A stretch of 64,000 nt of DNA. Source: an uncultured Planctomycetota bacterium. Its GTDB lineage: Bacteria; Planctomycetota; Planctomycetia; Pirellulales; Lacipirellulaceae. Below are positions 34,754 to 43,794 of this stretch, piece after piece. Under the pieces are notes generated by a model. That model did no database searches. It saw only the letters and a list, made by a program, of their open reading frames with translations, and was not told the origin of the DNA. Positions within the stretch are counted from its first letter, which is position 1. Every line of letters begins with the position of its first letter. The position numbers were made by a program, and so were the translations under genes. The stretch covers positions 160,001 to 224,000 of the forward strand of contig CAVRBU010000004.1 in the NCBI GenBank assembly GCA_963719315.1, given 5' to 3'.

Positions 34754-35296
34754 TTACAACTTTCCTTCCAATCCCTTCTGGTGGTAACTGTGAACAATTT
34801 TTTCTTGGTTCTCCAGCAGCCATTCGATGGTTGGTTCGCCCGTCATCGCTTTCTTGATCGCAGCGTGCATGCTCTTGCGGTGCGTCGCGAACAGGTCGTC
34901 GAAGTCAAGATCGGTGGCCTCGACAACCTCCGGGTAAAGCCACACGGCGACGATAATGGCAATTTGGTCGACCTCGCTGCGGGGAATTGTGCCGTCACGG
35001 ACCGCGTCCAACACTCCATTGGCGATGCCGGCCTGCACCGAGCCCATCAAGATGTTCGTGTATTTGTTTTTCTTGACCGTAACCTTGCTGACCATCAGCG
35101 TAGCTGGTTTTACGGCCACATCGCCGTTCAGGAGGGCCAACACTCGGGTGTGTCCCTCGACCTGACCTCCCAACAAGGTAGCGAAGGCGGTACCGACCGG
35201 CCCGTTCAGATCGCCAATGATCAACTCCGGCTCGGCGGCGGCGAGCCGATGTCGTTCGCCTCGAACCAGAGCTTCCCCAATCCGTGGATACTTCAT
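34754..35296 (-). CDS. fae: Formaldehyde-activating enzyme, divergent Fae homolog
   Basis: RIGEALV, AEPELIIG...GPVGTAFA, GHTRVLA, KPATLMVSKVTVK, QAGIANGVLDAV..G.IP, EPTIEWLL; AAAGGA RBS. Confidence 0.85.
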   Translation of the reverse strand: MKYPRIGEALVRGERHRLAAAEPELIIGDLNGPVGTAFATLLGGQVEGHTRVLALLNGDVAVKPATLMVSKVTVKKNKYTNILMGSVQAGIANGVLDAVRDGTIPRSEVDQIAIIVAVWLYPEVVEATDLDFDDLFATHRKSMHAAIKKAMTGEPTIEWLLENQEKIVHSYHQKGLEGKL

Positions 35297-35532
35297 CGTT
35301 GTCCTTTCCCGTTAAGAACTGATGTAGAGAACTCACTGCGATCCATTGTAAATCGCGATGCGGGGCCCAACAGGGAAAAAACGCGCATCTTGGTTGACGA
35401 TTTGGATCAGCAGTTCTCGCGGGAGCAGCTTTGCTTTATGATCGGAAATGCCAGTAGGTGTGTTTTCATGGCACGCAGTTGTGCGACAGGCCATATTCGC
35501 GGTTCCAGTCCTTTCTTGAGGAGTAAGCAGAT

Positions 35533-36921
35533 TTGAATCCGCGATACGAACGCTGGCGCTGGCAAACATTCGGGATAACGTGGCTGATCTACGCCAGTTT
35601 TTATCTCACGCGGCAATCGTTCTCAGTCGCCAAGGTGGCGCTGCCTTATGATCTGGGCGTGTCGCTTAGTCGAAGTAATCTCGGCGATATCGATTCCATC
35701 TTTCTGACCGTTTACATGTTGGGCCAGTTTCTGTTTGGCCCACTTGGCGATCGCTTCGGGCCCCGACGGATTCTTCTATTCGGCATGGGGTTGAGTGTGG
35801 CCTCGGCTGTCGGGTTTGGACTGTCTTCGACATTCGCGATGTTCGTATTGTTTGCCGTGCTCCAAGGCATCGCACAATCCACAGGGTGGAGCAATACGAC
35901 CAAAACCATGAGCGCGTGGTTTTCGATAAATGAGCGGGGCCGTGTTATCGGATGGTGGTGTACCCACTACACGGTGGGCGCGGCGGTCGCGTTGCCATTC
36001 GCCGGCTGGCTGATGGATTACTACGCCCGAGCGCCATTCACATCGTTCGCACTGCCGCCCTCGTTGTTGGCGGGACCGGTCCTGGCGTACATTCCGACTG
36101 CCGTTTGGGGGCCCATGTTGTTCCTCGGAGCAGACGCGCCTTTTTGGCGGGCGGCCTTTTGGGGGCCTGCCGGCGCGGTCGCGGGCGTCGCGCTGCTTGC
36201 CTGGCTGTTACTTCGGAATCGACCTGAAGATGTCGGCCTTCAGCCGATTGAGGAATATCACGGCGATTCAAAACCGCTAACAACAGAAGATGAAGCGATC
36301 GTCAAAACCCCGGAGGGCTCCTGGCAACTCATCGCCGCAGTACTCGCCACGCCGCGGATTTGGACACTCGCGTTGGCTTATTTTTCTGTCAAATTAGTCC
36401 GCTATTCTTTCATGTTTTGGGGCCCGAAATATGTCGCCGAAACTCTTAACAGCGGTCCATTAGCCAGCTCGGTAGTCGCCATGGCGATGCCGGTCGGCGG
36501 ATTGGTCGGCGTAATAGCTGCCGGGTATATCAGCGACAAGTTGTTCCAAGCTCGCCGGGCCCCCGTGGCAGTTCTTTCTTTGTTGGCCTGCGCGGTACTG
36601 ATGCTCGCCGGAATAATTCAAGTTCACAATCCCTGGATCATGGCGACATTTTTCTTTCTCGTCGGAGCGTTTCTGTTCGGTCCCGACTCCATTATATCAG
36701 CCACCGCGTCCATCGATTTCGGCACGAAGCGCGGCGCGGGCACCGCGGTTGGTTTCGTAAATGGAATCGGCTCGATCGGCGGAGTTCTGGGCGGCTGGCT
36801 TCCAGGTCGAATTACTACCGGCGCCAATTGGACGCCCCTATTCGAAGTAATGCTTATTGGTTTAGTACTGTCTTCAATCGTGCTGCTCCCGCTATGGCGC
36901 GTCAAACCGTCGATTGATTGA
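35533..36921 (+). CDS. MFS transporter, organophosphate:Pi antiporter (GlpT/UhpT/UhpC-like) family
   Basis: YASFYLTRQSFS, GDRFGPR, WFS..ERG, RNRPEDVGL, KLVRY..MFWGP, GYISDKLF; TTG start with GAGGAG RBS. Confidence 0.85.
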   Translation: MNPRYERWRWQTFGITWLIYASFYLTRQSFSVAKVALPYDLGVSLSRSNLGDIDSIFLTVYMLGQFLFGPLGDRFGPRRILLFGMGLSVASAVGFGLSSTFAMFVLFAVLQGIAQSTGWSNTTKTMSAWFSINERGRVIGWWCTHYTVGAAVALPFAGWLMDYYARAPFTSFALPPSLLAGPVLAYIPTAVWGPMLFLGADAPFWRAAFWGPAGAVAGVALLAWLLLRNRPEDVGLQPIEEYHGDSKPLTTEDEAIVKTPEGSWQLIAAVLATPRIWTLALAYFSVKLVRYSFMFWGPKYVAETLNSGPLASSVVAMAMPVGGLVGVIAAGYISDKLFQARRAPVAVLSLLACAVLMLAGIIQVHNPWIMATFFFLVGAFLFGPDSIISATASIDFGTKRGAGTAVGFVNGIGSIGGVLGGWLPGRITTGANWTPLFEVMLIGLVLSSIVLLPLWRVKPSID

Positions 36922-36949
36922 TGGGCGTACCACGAGATATTCAACAGTC

Positions 36950-38356
36950 ATGCCCCAATTTCGCTCAACGGTTGCGAAGAAGTCCTATGACTTCGAGAGC
37001 GTAAGGATGCTGCTGGCGAAAGCATCGCCGGGGCGGAGTGGCGACGCGCTGGCAGGCATCGCAGCTGCGGACGATCAAGAGCGAGTGGCCGCTCAAATAG
37101 CGCTCGCTGACGTGCCGCTCAGTTTGTTTCTTCAAGGTCCCATCATTCCGTACGAGGACGATGAGGTAACCAGACTCATCGTGGACGGACACGATCCGGT
37201 GGCCTTTGCGCCGGTATCGGAGCTGACGGTCGGCGAATTTCGCGATTGGCTGTTGCGCTACGAGACGACCGCTGAAGTTCTGAGCGGATTAGCGCCCGGA
37301 TTGATGCCGGAGATGGTTGCCGCCGCGAGCAAGTTGATGCGGAACCAGGATCTGATTCTGGTGGCGAGCAAGTGCCGCGTTGTGACCCGGTTTCGCAACA
37401 CGATCGGGCATCCCGGCCGGCTGTCGGTTCGTCTCCAGCCGAATCATCCCACCGACGATTTAGTCGGCATAGGCGCATCGATTTTGGACGGACTTTTGTA
37501 CGGCTGTGGCGATGCCGTGATCGGGATCAATCCGGCCACCGATTCCACGCAGGCGGTGATTCGGTTGCTGAAGATGTTGGACGATTTAATCCAGCGATAC
37601 CAAATTCCGACCCAAGGGTGTGTGCTTGCGCACGTGACGACGCAGCTTGCGGCGATGGAGCAAGGCGCGCCGATCGATCTTGTGTTTCAATCAATCGCCG
37701 GCACGGAGGCGGCGAACACCAGTTTTGGTATCAACCTGAAACTATTGGATGAGGCTCAGCACGCGGCCAAATCCTTGGCCCGCGGCACGGTGGGCGACAA
37801 CGTCATGTATTTCGAGACTGGACAGGGTTCGTGCCTCTCAGCCGGCGCCCATCATGGCGTCGATCAGCAGACGCTTGAAGCCCGAGCGTACGCTGTGGCC
37901 CGCCGTTTCGAGCCGCTGTTAGTGAACACGGTTGTGGGCTTTATCGGTCCCGAATACTTATACGATGGCAAGCAGATTATCCGCGCCGGCTTGGAGGACC
38001 ATTTCTGTGGCAAGTTGTTAGGATTGCCGATGGGTTGCGATGTGTGCTACACGAATCATGCGGAAGCCGACCAAGACGACATGGACAATCTGCTTACGCT
38101 GTTGGCAGTGGCGGGTTGTAATTACTTCATGGGCGTGCCGGGAGCGGACGACATCATGCTCAATTATCAGTCCACGTCGTTTCACGATAGCCAATACTTA
38201 CGGCAGGTTCTCGGCCTGCGTCCAGCTCCAGAATTCGAGCAGTGGCTCGACGCAATGCATATAGCCCGCGAAGGTACGCGGTTGCTGCCAATTAACCCGC
38301 AACACCGTTTGATCGGCACGATCGATTCGTCGGCTCGGGAGTCAAGTGAGAAGTAG
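36950..38356 (+). CDS. eutB: Ethanolamine ammonia-lyase large subunit
   Basis: RSGDALAG, RLQPNHPTDD, YFETGQGS, NTVVGFIGPEYLY, GCDVCYTNH, MLNYQSTSFHD. Confidence 0.96.
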   Translation: MPQFRSTVAKKSYDFESVRMLLAKASPGRSGDALAGIAAADDQERVAAQIALADVPLSLFLQGPIIPYEDDEVTRLIVDGHDPVAFAPVSELTVGEFRDWLLRYETTAEVLSGLAPGLMPEMVAAASKLMRNQDLILVASKCRVVTRFRNTIGHPGRLSVRLQPNHPTDDLVGIGASILDGLLYGCGDAVIGINPATDSTQAVIRLLKMLDDLIQRYQIPTQGCVLAHVTTQLAAMEQGAPIDLVFQSIAGTEAANTSFGINLKLLDEAQHAAKSLARGTVGDNVMYFETGQGSCLSAGAHHGVDQQTLEARAYAVARRFEPLLVNTVVGFIGPEYLYDGKQIIRAGLEDHFCGKLLGLPMGCDVCYTNHAEADQDDMDNLLTLLAVAGCNYFMGVPGADDIMLNYQSTSFHDSQYLRQVLGLRPAPEFEQWLDAMHIAREGTRLLPINPQHRLIGTIDSSARESSEK

Positions 38357-38361
38357 CCAGC

Positions 38362-39186
38362 ATGGGAAAGTTGAAAGCCGTTACGCCTGATCCGTGGCAA
38401 TCGCTGCGCAGCACTACGTCGGCTCGCATCGCATTGGGGCGTGCCGGTGGGAGTCTGCCCACACACGAATGGCTGGATTTCAAGTCGGCCCATGCGGCGG
38501 CCCGTGAAGCCGTTCATTGCGTTTTCGATGCCGAAGGGCTCGCTGCCGAGATTGCCACGCTCGGCGTCGAGGTATTGGTCGTCGATAGCGCGGCGCCCGA
38601 TAAGTCTACGTTTCTTCAGCGCCCGGACTTAGGACGTCGGCTGGACGAACGGTCGCGATATGCGTTGCAGGAACGCCAGTCGGGCGCAACGATCGATTTG
38701 GCAATTACCGTTAGCGATGGACTTTCCGCACTCGCCGTCCACCGACACGCGCGGCCCGTTTTAGAGAAACTGCTGCCGAAACTGGGAGACGACGGTTGGC
38801 AGCTCGCACCGATCGTCGTCGCGCGCTTTGGTCGCGTGGCACTCGAAGACGAAGTTGGACAACTCATGGGGGCGGATTTGGCTTTTACGATGATCGGCGA
38901 AAGGCCGGGTTTGGGCTCGCCGGATAGCTTGGGCGCGTATCTCGTCTTTGCGCCGCGGCCGGGGAACACGGATGCCAACCGCAATTGCATTTCGAACATT
39001 CGGCCCGAAGGTCTGTCGTACGATACAGCGGCCGGCACGATCTATTATCTGCTGAGTGAAGCCCGTCGCCGTAGGTTAAGTGGCGTGCAACTAAAGGATC
39101 AACGAGCATTAACTCAAGACGACGCGAAATCATCAGTGCTGCTCGCTGAAAGCGTCGAGCGCGACGGGGGCCACCCCGCGTCTTAG
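38362..39186 (+). CDS. eutC: Ethanolamine ammonia-lyase small subunit
   Basis: ARIALGRAG, RPDLGRRL, DGLSA, GERPGL, DANRNCISNI, SGVQLKD. Confidence 0.95.
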   Translation: MGKLKAVTPDPWQSLRSTTSARIALGRAGGSLPTHEWLDFKSAHAAAREAVHCVFDAEGLAAEIATLGVEVLVVDSAAPDKSTFLQRPDLGRRLDERSRYALQERQSGATIDLAITVSDGLSALAVHRHARPVLEKLLPKLGDDGWQLAPIVVARFGRVALEDEVGQLMGADLAFTMIGERPGLGSPDSLGAYLVFAPRPGNTDANRNCISNIRPEGLSYDTAAGTIYYLLSEARRRRLSGVQLKDQRALTQDDAKSSVLLAESVERDGGHPAS

Positions 39187-40979
39187 CTTCGCCTTGCCCG
39201 GCCAACCCGGAGTGCGAGCGAGAAATAGCCGAAAATCGCGAGAAAATTCGATGAAGGTTCTGGCACTTGCGCGAGCATAGCCGCAAAAGAACCGTCGCCG
39301 TTGGCCGCCTCGAACGCCGACTTGAACAGCACGAAGTCGGCATGATCGTTGTGGAAATCGCCGTTCAAGTCGCCCAGCTCAAGCGCTTGTCCGCGCGTCA
39401 GACCGGTCATCTCAACGAGTTATCCGCTCCGAAAGAGATTCCAGTCGGTCGCATCGATGTTCGCATCGAAATTGAGGTCGCCCGTCAATCCGATCATGAG
39501 CGAGATATTGTCGACGTAGCCGTCATTTTCGCCCGTCGCGCGCGTTGCAGTCAACTCGATCTTGATGGAGCGCGTCAAAGTTGGCAGGTCACCAAACTCC
39601 TCGCGAAGCAAAAATCCAGTGGCATTGCCGCGGTTGGCCGCCGTGACGGCCGCCAATTGAGCTGAGCCGATATCGGCATTTGCACCATTCAGGAAATGCG
39701 CGATGACGGTGGCGTTGTCCTCCTGCGAAAGGTAGCCGCCCAACCAGGCCGAGAGAACGAAATCTACATTGGTACTATCGATCTGAGTCGCCAAATTGCT
39801 GACATCGATCTGCTGGGTCATGGTGCTAACGGCATTGAGGCCGCCGGAAAAGAAGTTGTTTCCTCGATTTGCGGGGCCAGGATCCTGGGGTGTCGGAAAG
39901 CCATTGCCGGCCTGGTAATTGACGAGAGTGATGCCGCCCGGTCCGGGATCGTCCCAACCGGCCGCGTACTGTTGCGTGGAATTGCTTTTGAAGCCGCGGT
40001 TGTACTCCGCGTCTCCGTTGAAAATGAGGTTTCGACCGAACGTGGCCAGAGCTGGGCCTGCCGGTGAAAGGCCGACTGGGTGGCCATCGTAATTGGCTGG
40101 GATGGGCGCGCCGAAGTAGGAGAGCACAGTTGCCGCAACATCGACTTGGCGTGGATTCGCTTGTGGCAGGACCGTCGTCGCGAGGGGGCCGGCCACGATA
40201 AATGGGATGGTCCGCTGTTCCGGCAAACCGCCCGAATGACCGGTGCCTAATCCGCCGTGATCGCTCGTCAGAACGACCAGCCAGTCTTCGCTGGCGAATG
40301 TGGGCCGAGCTTTGATCGCCGTCATGATTTGACCAATTTGGCCGTCGGCCTTTTCGATTGCCGCGATGTAACAAGGCGCCGTGGGACTGAAACCGCAACT
40401 GTGCCCAGCCACATCCGTATCGGAATAGAATGTCATTACGACATCGGTGGCCGGGTCTTGCATCAGTTGGACGACCCGATTGGTCATCAGTTGATCGCCG
40501 TTCTGGTTGTATTCATAGTTGTCGACGGTGTCTGCCCCGGACGGAAAGCTGCTGCTAGCGATGCCCCAGGTGAGGACTCGATGGGTGTTCAGACTGGGGT
40601 TGAAGGCCTCGAGCGGCGTGAACCAGTCGGTCGTGCCGGGCACGACGTTTTCAAACCCGTTGGTGTCGGCGCCGTGCCGATCGACGTGCAGGCCGGTCAT
40701 GTAAGCGCCCCAACCGGGGCCGCTAAAGGTGAGATGCTCCGCTTGCGCATTCATGGAGAAAATGCCGGAAGGGCCGCCTGTGCCGAAAAATGTGCCGTCC
40801 GTCAGCGAGTCGATGTTGGGAGCGTTGGCGGCCACTAGAGCGTCGGGCCGCAATCCGTCCAACGCGATCGTAAGAACTTTGCGCTCTCCCGCCTGGAGCG
40901 TGGCATTCAGAACGAAGATCGTCGCCAATACAACCAGCTGCACCATGGACCGAAAGCGATCGTGATCCTTATACAACAT
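39183..40979 (-). CDS. Secreted alkaline-phosphatase-superfamily enzyme (NPP/phosphodiesterase type) with beta-sandwich and dockerin-like domains and PEP-CTERM; in-frame TAA at 39420-39422
   Basis: LDGLRPD, TFSGPGW, D..GH, TSDHGG; GDLN repeats; VPEPS-hydrophobic-RR tail lies in the same frame after one stop. Confidence 0.8.
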
Positions 40980-41078
40980 TGTTCTTGTTTACCAAAGCAA
41001 ATCAGAGGAGCGCCAGCGTTGGAGTATCGATCGATGCCGACAGTCCGATCCTAGCGTTGATAAAAACCAGCGTCAACA

Positions 41079-41122
41079 AAAAGCGCTGGACAAGCGCTTT
41101 TGCACAAAAGCATTGCGCAAAA
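41079..41122. promoter_or_regulatory. Candidate operator array in the divergent phosphatase/Rieske promoter
   Basis: AAAAGCGCT-GGACA-AGCGCTTTT inverted repeat overlapping the direct repeats TTGCACAAAA and TTGCGCAAAA. Confidence 0.4.
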
Positions 41123-41230
41123 TCAGGGTGATTCGAGCGCTGTTTTGGATCACAATAACTACTGCCACAACTGTGGCTCGGCTTTGCGCGAATACATACG
41201 GCAGAAAAATTGTCCTACAGGCCGAATGCC

Positions 41231-42484
41231 ATGCCCTCGCTCACGGCTGCTGAAAAGCAGAGGATCGCCGACCTGACCGCATCGCGACAAGGACGTTACA
41301 GCCTGCCGGGCGAGTTCTATTCCGACGAGCTCATGTATCGAGCCGAGCTCGAAACCATCTGGCGGCGCGGCTGGTTATTTGTCGGCCATACGTGCGAAAT
41401 TCCCGAGCCCGGTGAATATTTTACATTCGCCGTGGGCAACGACTCGCTGATCGTAATTCGGGACGATGACCGCGAAATACACGCGTTGTGGAACGTCTGC
41501 CGGCATCGCGGAACGCAGATTTGCGATGAACCCTCGGGTACGGCAGGTCGGCTCGTTTGCCCTTACCATCAATGGACCTATGCCCGCGACGGATCGCTCA
41601 AGTCATGCCGCGGTATGCACGAGGAGGTGGATAAAACGCAGCTCGGTTTGTTGCGTGCGCCGCTTCGACAGTGTGAGGGGTTGATCTATGTGTCGTTGTC
41701 GGACGAGCCGCCCGACTTTAGCGAGGCGGCAGAAGCGATCGGCCCGTTTGCACGACCGCAAGGACTCGATCGCGCCAAAGTGGCAAAGACAGTTGACTAT
41801 GAAGTTTCGGCTAACTGGAAGCTCGTCTGGGAAAACAATCGCGAATGCTACCATTGCAATGTAAACCACCCACAGTACATCAAAGCCAACTTCGACCACT
41901 TCAACGCCGACGACACGAGCGAACGGATTCAAGCCCGGATCGATAGGGCAGTGGCGCACAGTGAGGAGAAGTGGGCCGCGACGGGCTTGGCCGTCAGCCA
42001 TCGGCAAAGCGGCATGACGGAATTTCCCAACATCGGACGCAACGGTTGGTTTTCGGCGAACCGCACACCGCTCGTGGAAGGCTATGTCAGCGAAACGATG
42101 AACGGCCAGCAAGTCGCTCCGCTCATGGGCGACTACCCGGATGCCGACGTGGGTACACTACGGATACGTACTTTGCCTAACATGTGGCACCACGCAAGTT
42201 GTGACCACGCCGTAACAACGCGATTACTTCCCGCGGGCCTGCAGCGAACGGCGGTTCGTGTAACTTGGCTCGTACATGAGGATGCGGTGGAAGGGCGAGA
42301 CTTTCAGCTCGCTGATATCTTGCCTTTTTGGCAACTCACATCCGAACAGGATTGGGAATTGTGCGTCAAAGCACAAAAGGGCGTCAACTCGTCTCACTAC
42401 GTGCCGGGGCCCTTATCAACCTACAAAGAGTATAATGTCGACGCATTTCTACGGTGGTGCCTTCACCAATTGAGCTTTGAATAA
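41231..42484 (+). CDS. Rieske non-heme iron oxygenase alpha subunit, betaine N-demethylase (GbcA/Stc2-like) type
   Basis: NVCRHRG...CPYHQW; NWKLVWENNRECYHC..NHP; EQDW. Confidence 0.88.
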   Translation: MPSLTAAEKQRIADLTASRQGRYSLPGEFYSDELMYRAELETIWRRGWLFVGHTCEIPEPGEYFTFAVGNDSLIVIRDDDREIHALWNVCRHRGTQICDEPSGTAGRLVCPYHQWTYARDGSLKSCRGMHEEVDKTQLGLLRAPLRQCEGLIYVSLSDEPPDFSEAAEAIGPFARPQGLDRAKVAKTVDYEVSANWKLVWENNRECYHCNVNHPQYIKANFDHFNADDTSERIQARIDRAVAHSEEKWAATGLAVSHRQSGMTEFPNIGRNGWFSANRTPLVEGYVSETMNGQQVAPLMGDYPDADVGTLRIRTLPNMWHHASCDHAVTTRLLPAGLQRTAVRVTWLVHEDAVEGRDFQLADILPFWQLTSEQDWELCVKAQKGVNSSHYVPGPLSTYKEYNVDAFLRWCLHQLSFE

Positions 42485-42564
42485 ATTCTGGGATGGGGGG
42501 CTGCGCACGCCAGGCGTCTTCTCGTTTTTTGATCTCGACCGAGTGACTGCGATCCCACGACATC

Positions 42565-43794
42565 ATGAGCAACACACCGACGCAAGCAGAGATCGTTGTC
42601 ATTGGTGGAGGCGCCGTCGGCTGCGCGGTCGCCTATAGTCTGGCGAAGGCCGGAAAGACGGATGTCCTCTTACTGGAAAAGGAGCCGACAGTAGCCGCGG
42701 TGACAACGCCCCAAGCGGCCGGTTTGGTCGGCCAGGTCCGCAATAGCGTCGAACGAACCAAGCTCGCGATGTGGTCGGTCAAAACATTTTCACAGCTCGA
42801 GCGCGATGAGCAGGCCAAGCCTGGTTGGCGCCAAGTTGGCTCACTTCGAATCGCGCTTTGCGACGAACGAGTCAAGGAATTCCGGCACATGAAGGAAGTT
42901 GCCGACAAGTCGGGGCTGGAAGCCGAGTTTATTGACCAGCGTGCAGCGAGCCAGAAATGGCCGTCGATGGATTTTCAGCGGGCCAAAGCGATACTTTGGT
43001 GCGACAGCGACGGGTACTTGCAGCCGTCCGACCTTACCATGTCTTACGTCGCACATGCGCGGCGGATGGGCGTTCGTTTTCAAACCAACACAGCAGTCCG
43101 CCAAGTCGTTGTCAAGGACGGCCGCGTCACTGGCGCGACAACCGATGACGGCACGATCCAGTGTGAAATGATTGTCAATGCTGCGGGTGCACATGCGTAT
43201 CACATCGCTCGGAGCGTCGGATTGGAATTGCCGATCGTACCGGTGCGTCACGAGTATTTTGTGACCGTGCACGCCGACGGCCTGGAACCGAATTTGCCAG
43301 TGGTACGCATTCCGGATTCGACGCTCTACCTTCGCGCCGAAGTCAATTCGCTGCTCTGCGGCGGTTGGGAGCGACAGGGACTTGCTACGGATCCGCGTGG
43401 CTTTTCTCTGGAGAAGAATCCTCCGCCAATCGATGCCGACTGGGACGTTCTAGGTTGGTTCGCACAGCAGCTAGCGCCTGAGATTCCAGCGGTCGAGCAA
43501 TTGGGTATCCGCAACGTGTTTAAGGGATGGCCGACTTTCACGCCCGACGGCCGCTTCATTGTCGGCGAAAGTTCGCACGTGAAGGGTTTTGTGATGGCTG
43601 GCGGGTGCAACGCTCATGGTGTTTCCGGCTCGGCTGGCATTGGCCGCCACGTGGTCGAATCGATTCTTGACCCCGATCCTTCACCCTACGTGAAGAGCCT
43701 TAGCCCCAATCGTTTCGATCGGCGCTGGGATTGGCAAACCGCGCAGCGTCAGGCTCGGCACTATTACGAAACATACTACGATTTGGGGCATTGA
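42565..43794 (+). CDS. FAD-dependent amine dehydrogenase (dimethylglycine/sarcosine dehydrogenase flavin-domain type, no GcvT domain)
   Basis: VIGGGAVG, TTPQAAGLVGQ, GSLRIA, DGYLQP, VNAAG, HEYFVT, FTPDG. Confidence 0.85.
   Translation: MSNTPTQAEIVVIGGGAVGCAVAYSLAKAGKTDVLLLEKEPTVAAVTTPQAAGLVGQVRNSVERTKLAMWSVKTFSQLERDEQAKPGWRQVGSLRIALCDERVKEFRHMKEVADKSGLEAEFIDQRAASQKWPSMDFQRAKAILWCDSDGYLQPSDLTMSYVAHARRMGVRFQTNTAVRQVVVKDGRVTGATTDDGTIQCEMIVNAAGAHAYHIARSVGLELPIVPVRHEYFVTVHADGLEPNLPVVRIPDSTLYLRAEVNSLLCGGWERQGLATDPRGFSLEKNPPPIDADWDVLGWFAQQLAPEIPAVEQLGIRNVFKGWPTFTPDGRFIVGESSHVKGFVMAGGCNAHGVSGSAGIGRHVVESILDPDPSPYVKSLSPNRFDRRWDWQTAQRQARHYYETYYDLGH

Noticed and set aside
35469..35485. Sigma54 promoter (TGGCACG...) upstream of the MFS gene; similar near 41174
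   Set aside because: The GG-N10-GC spacing is not met
39420..39422. Selenocysteine or pyrrolysine recoding of the in-frame stops here and at 14599
   Set aside because: Both are TAA, not TGA or TAG, and neither is at a catalytic position
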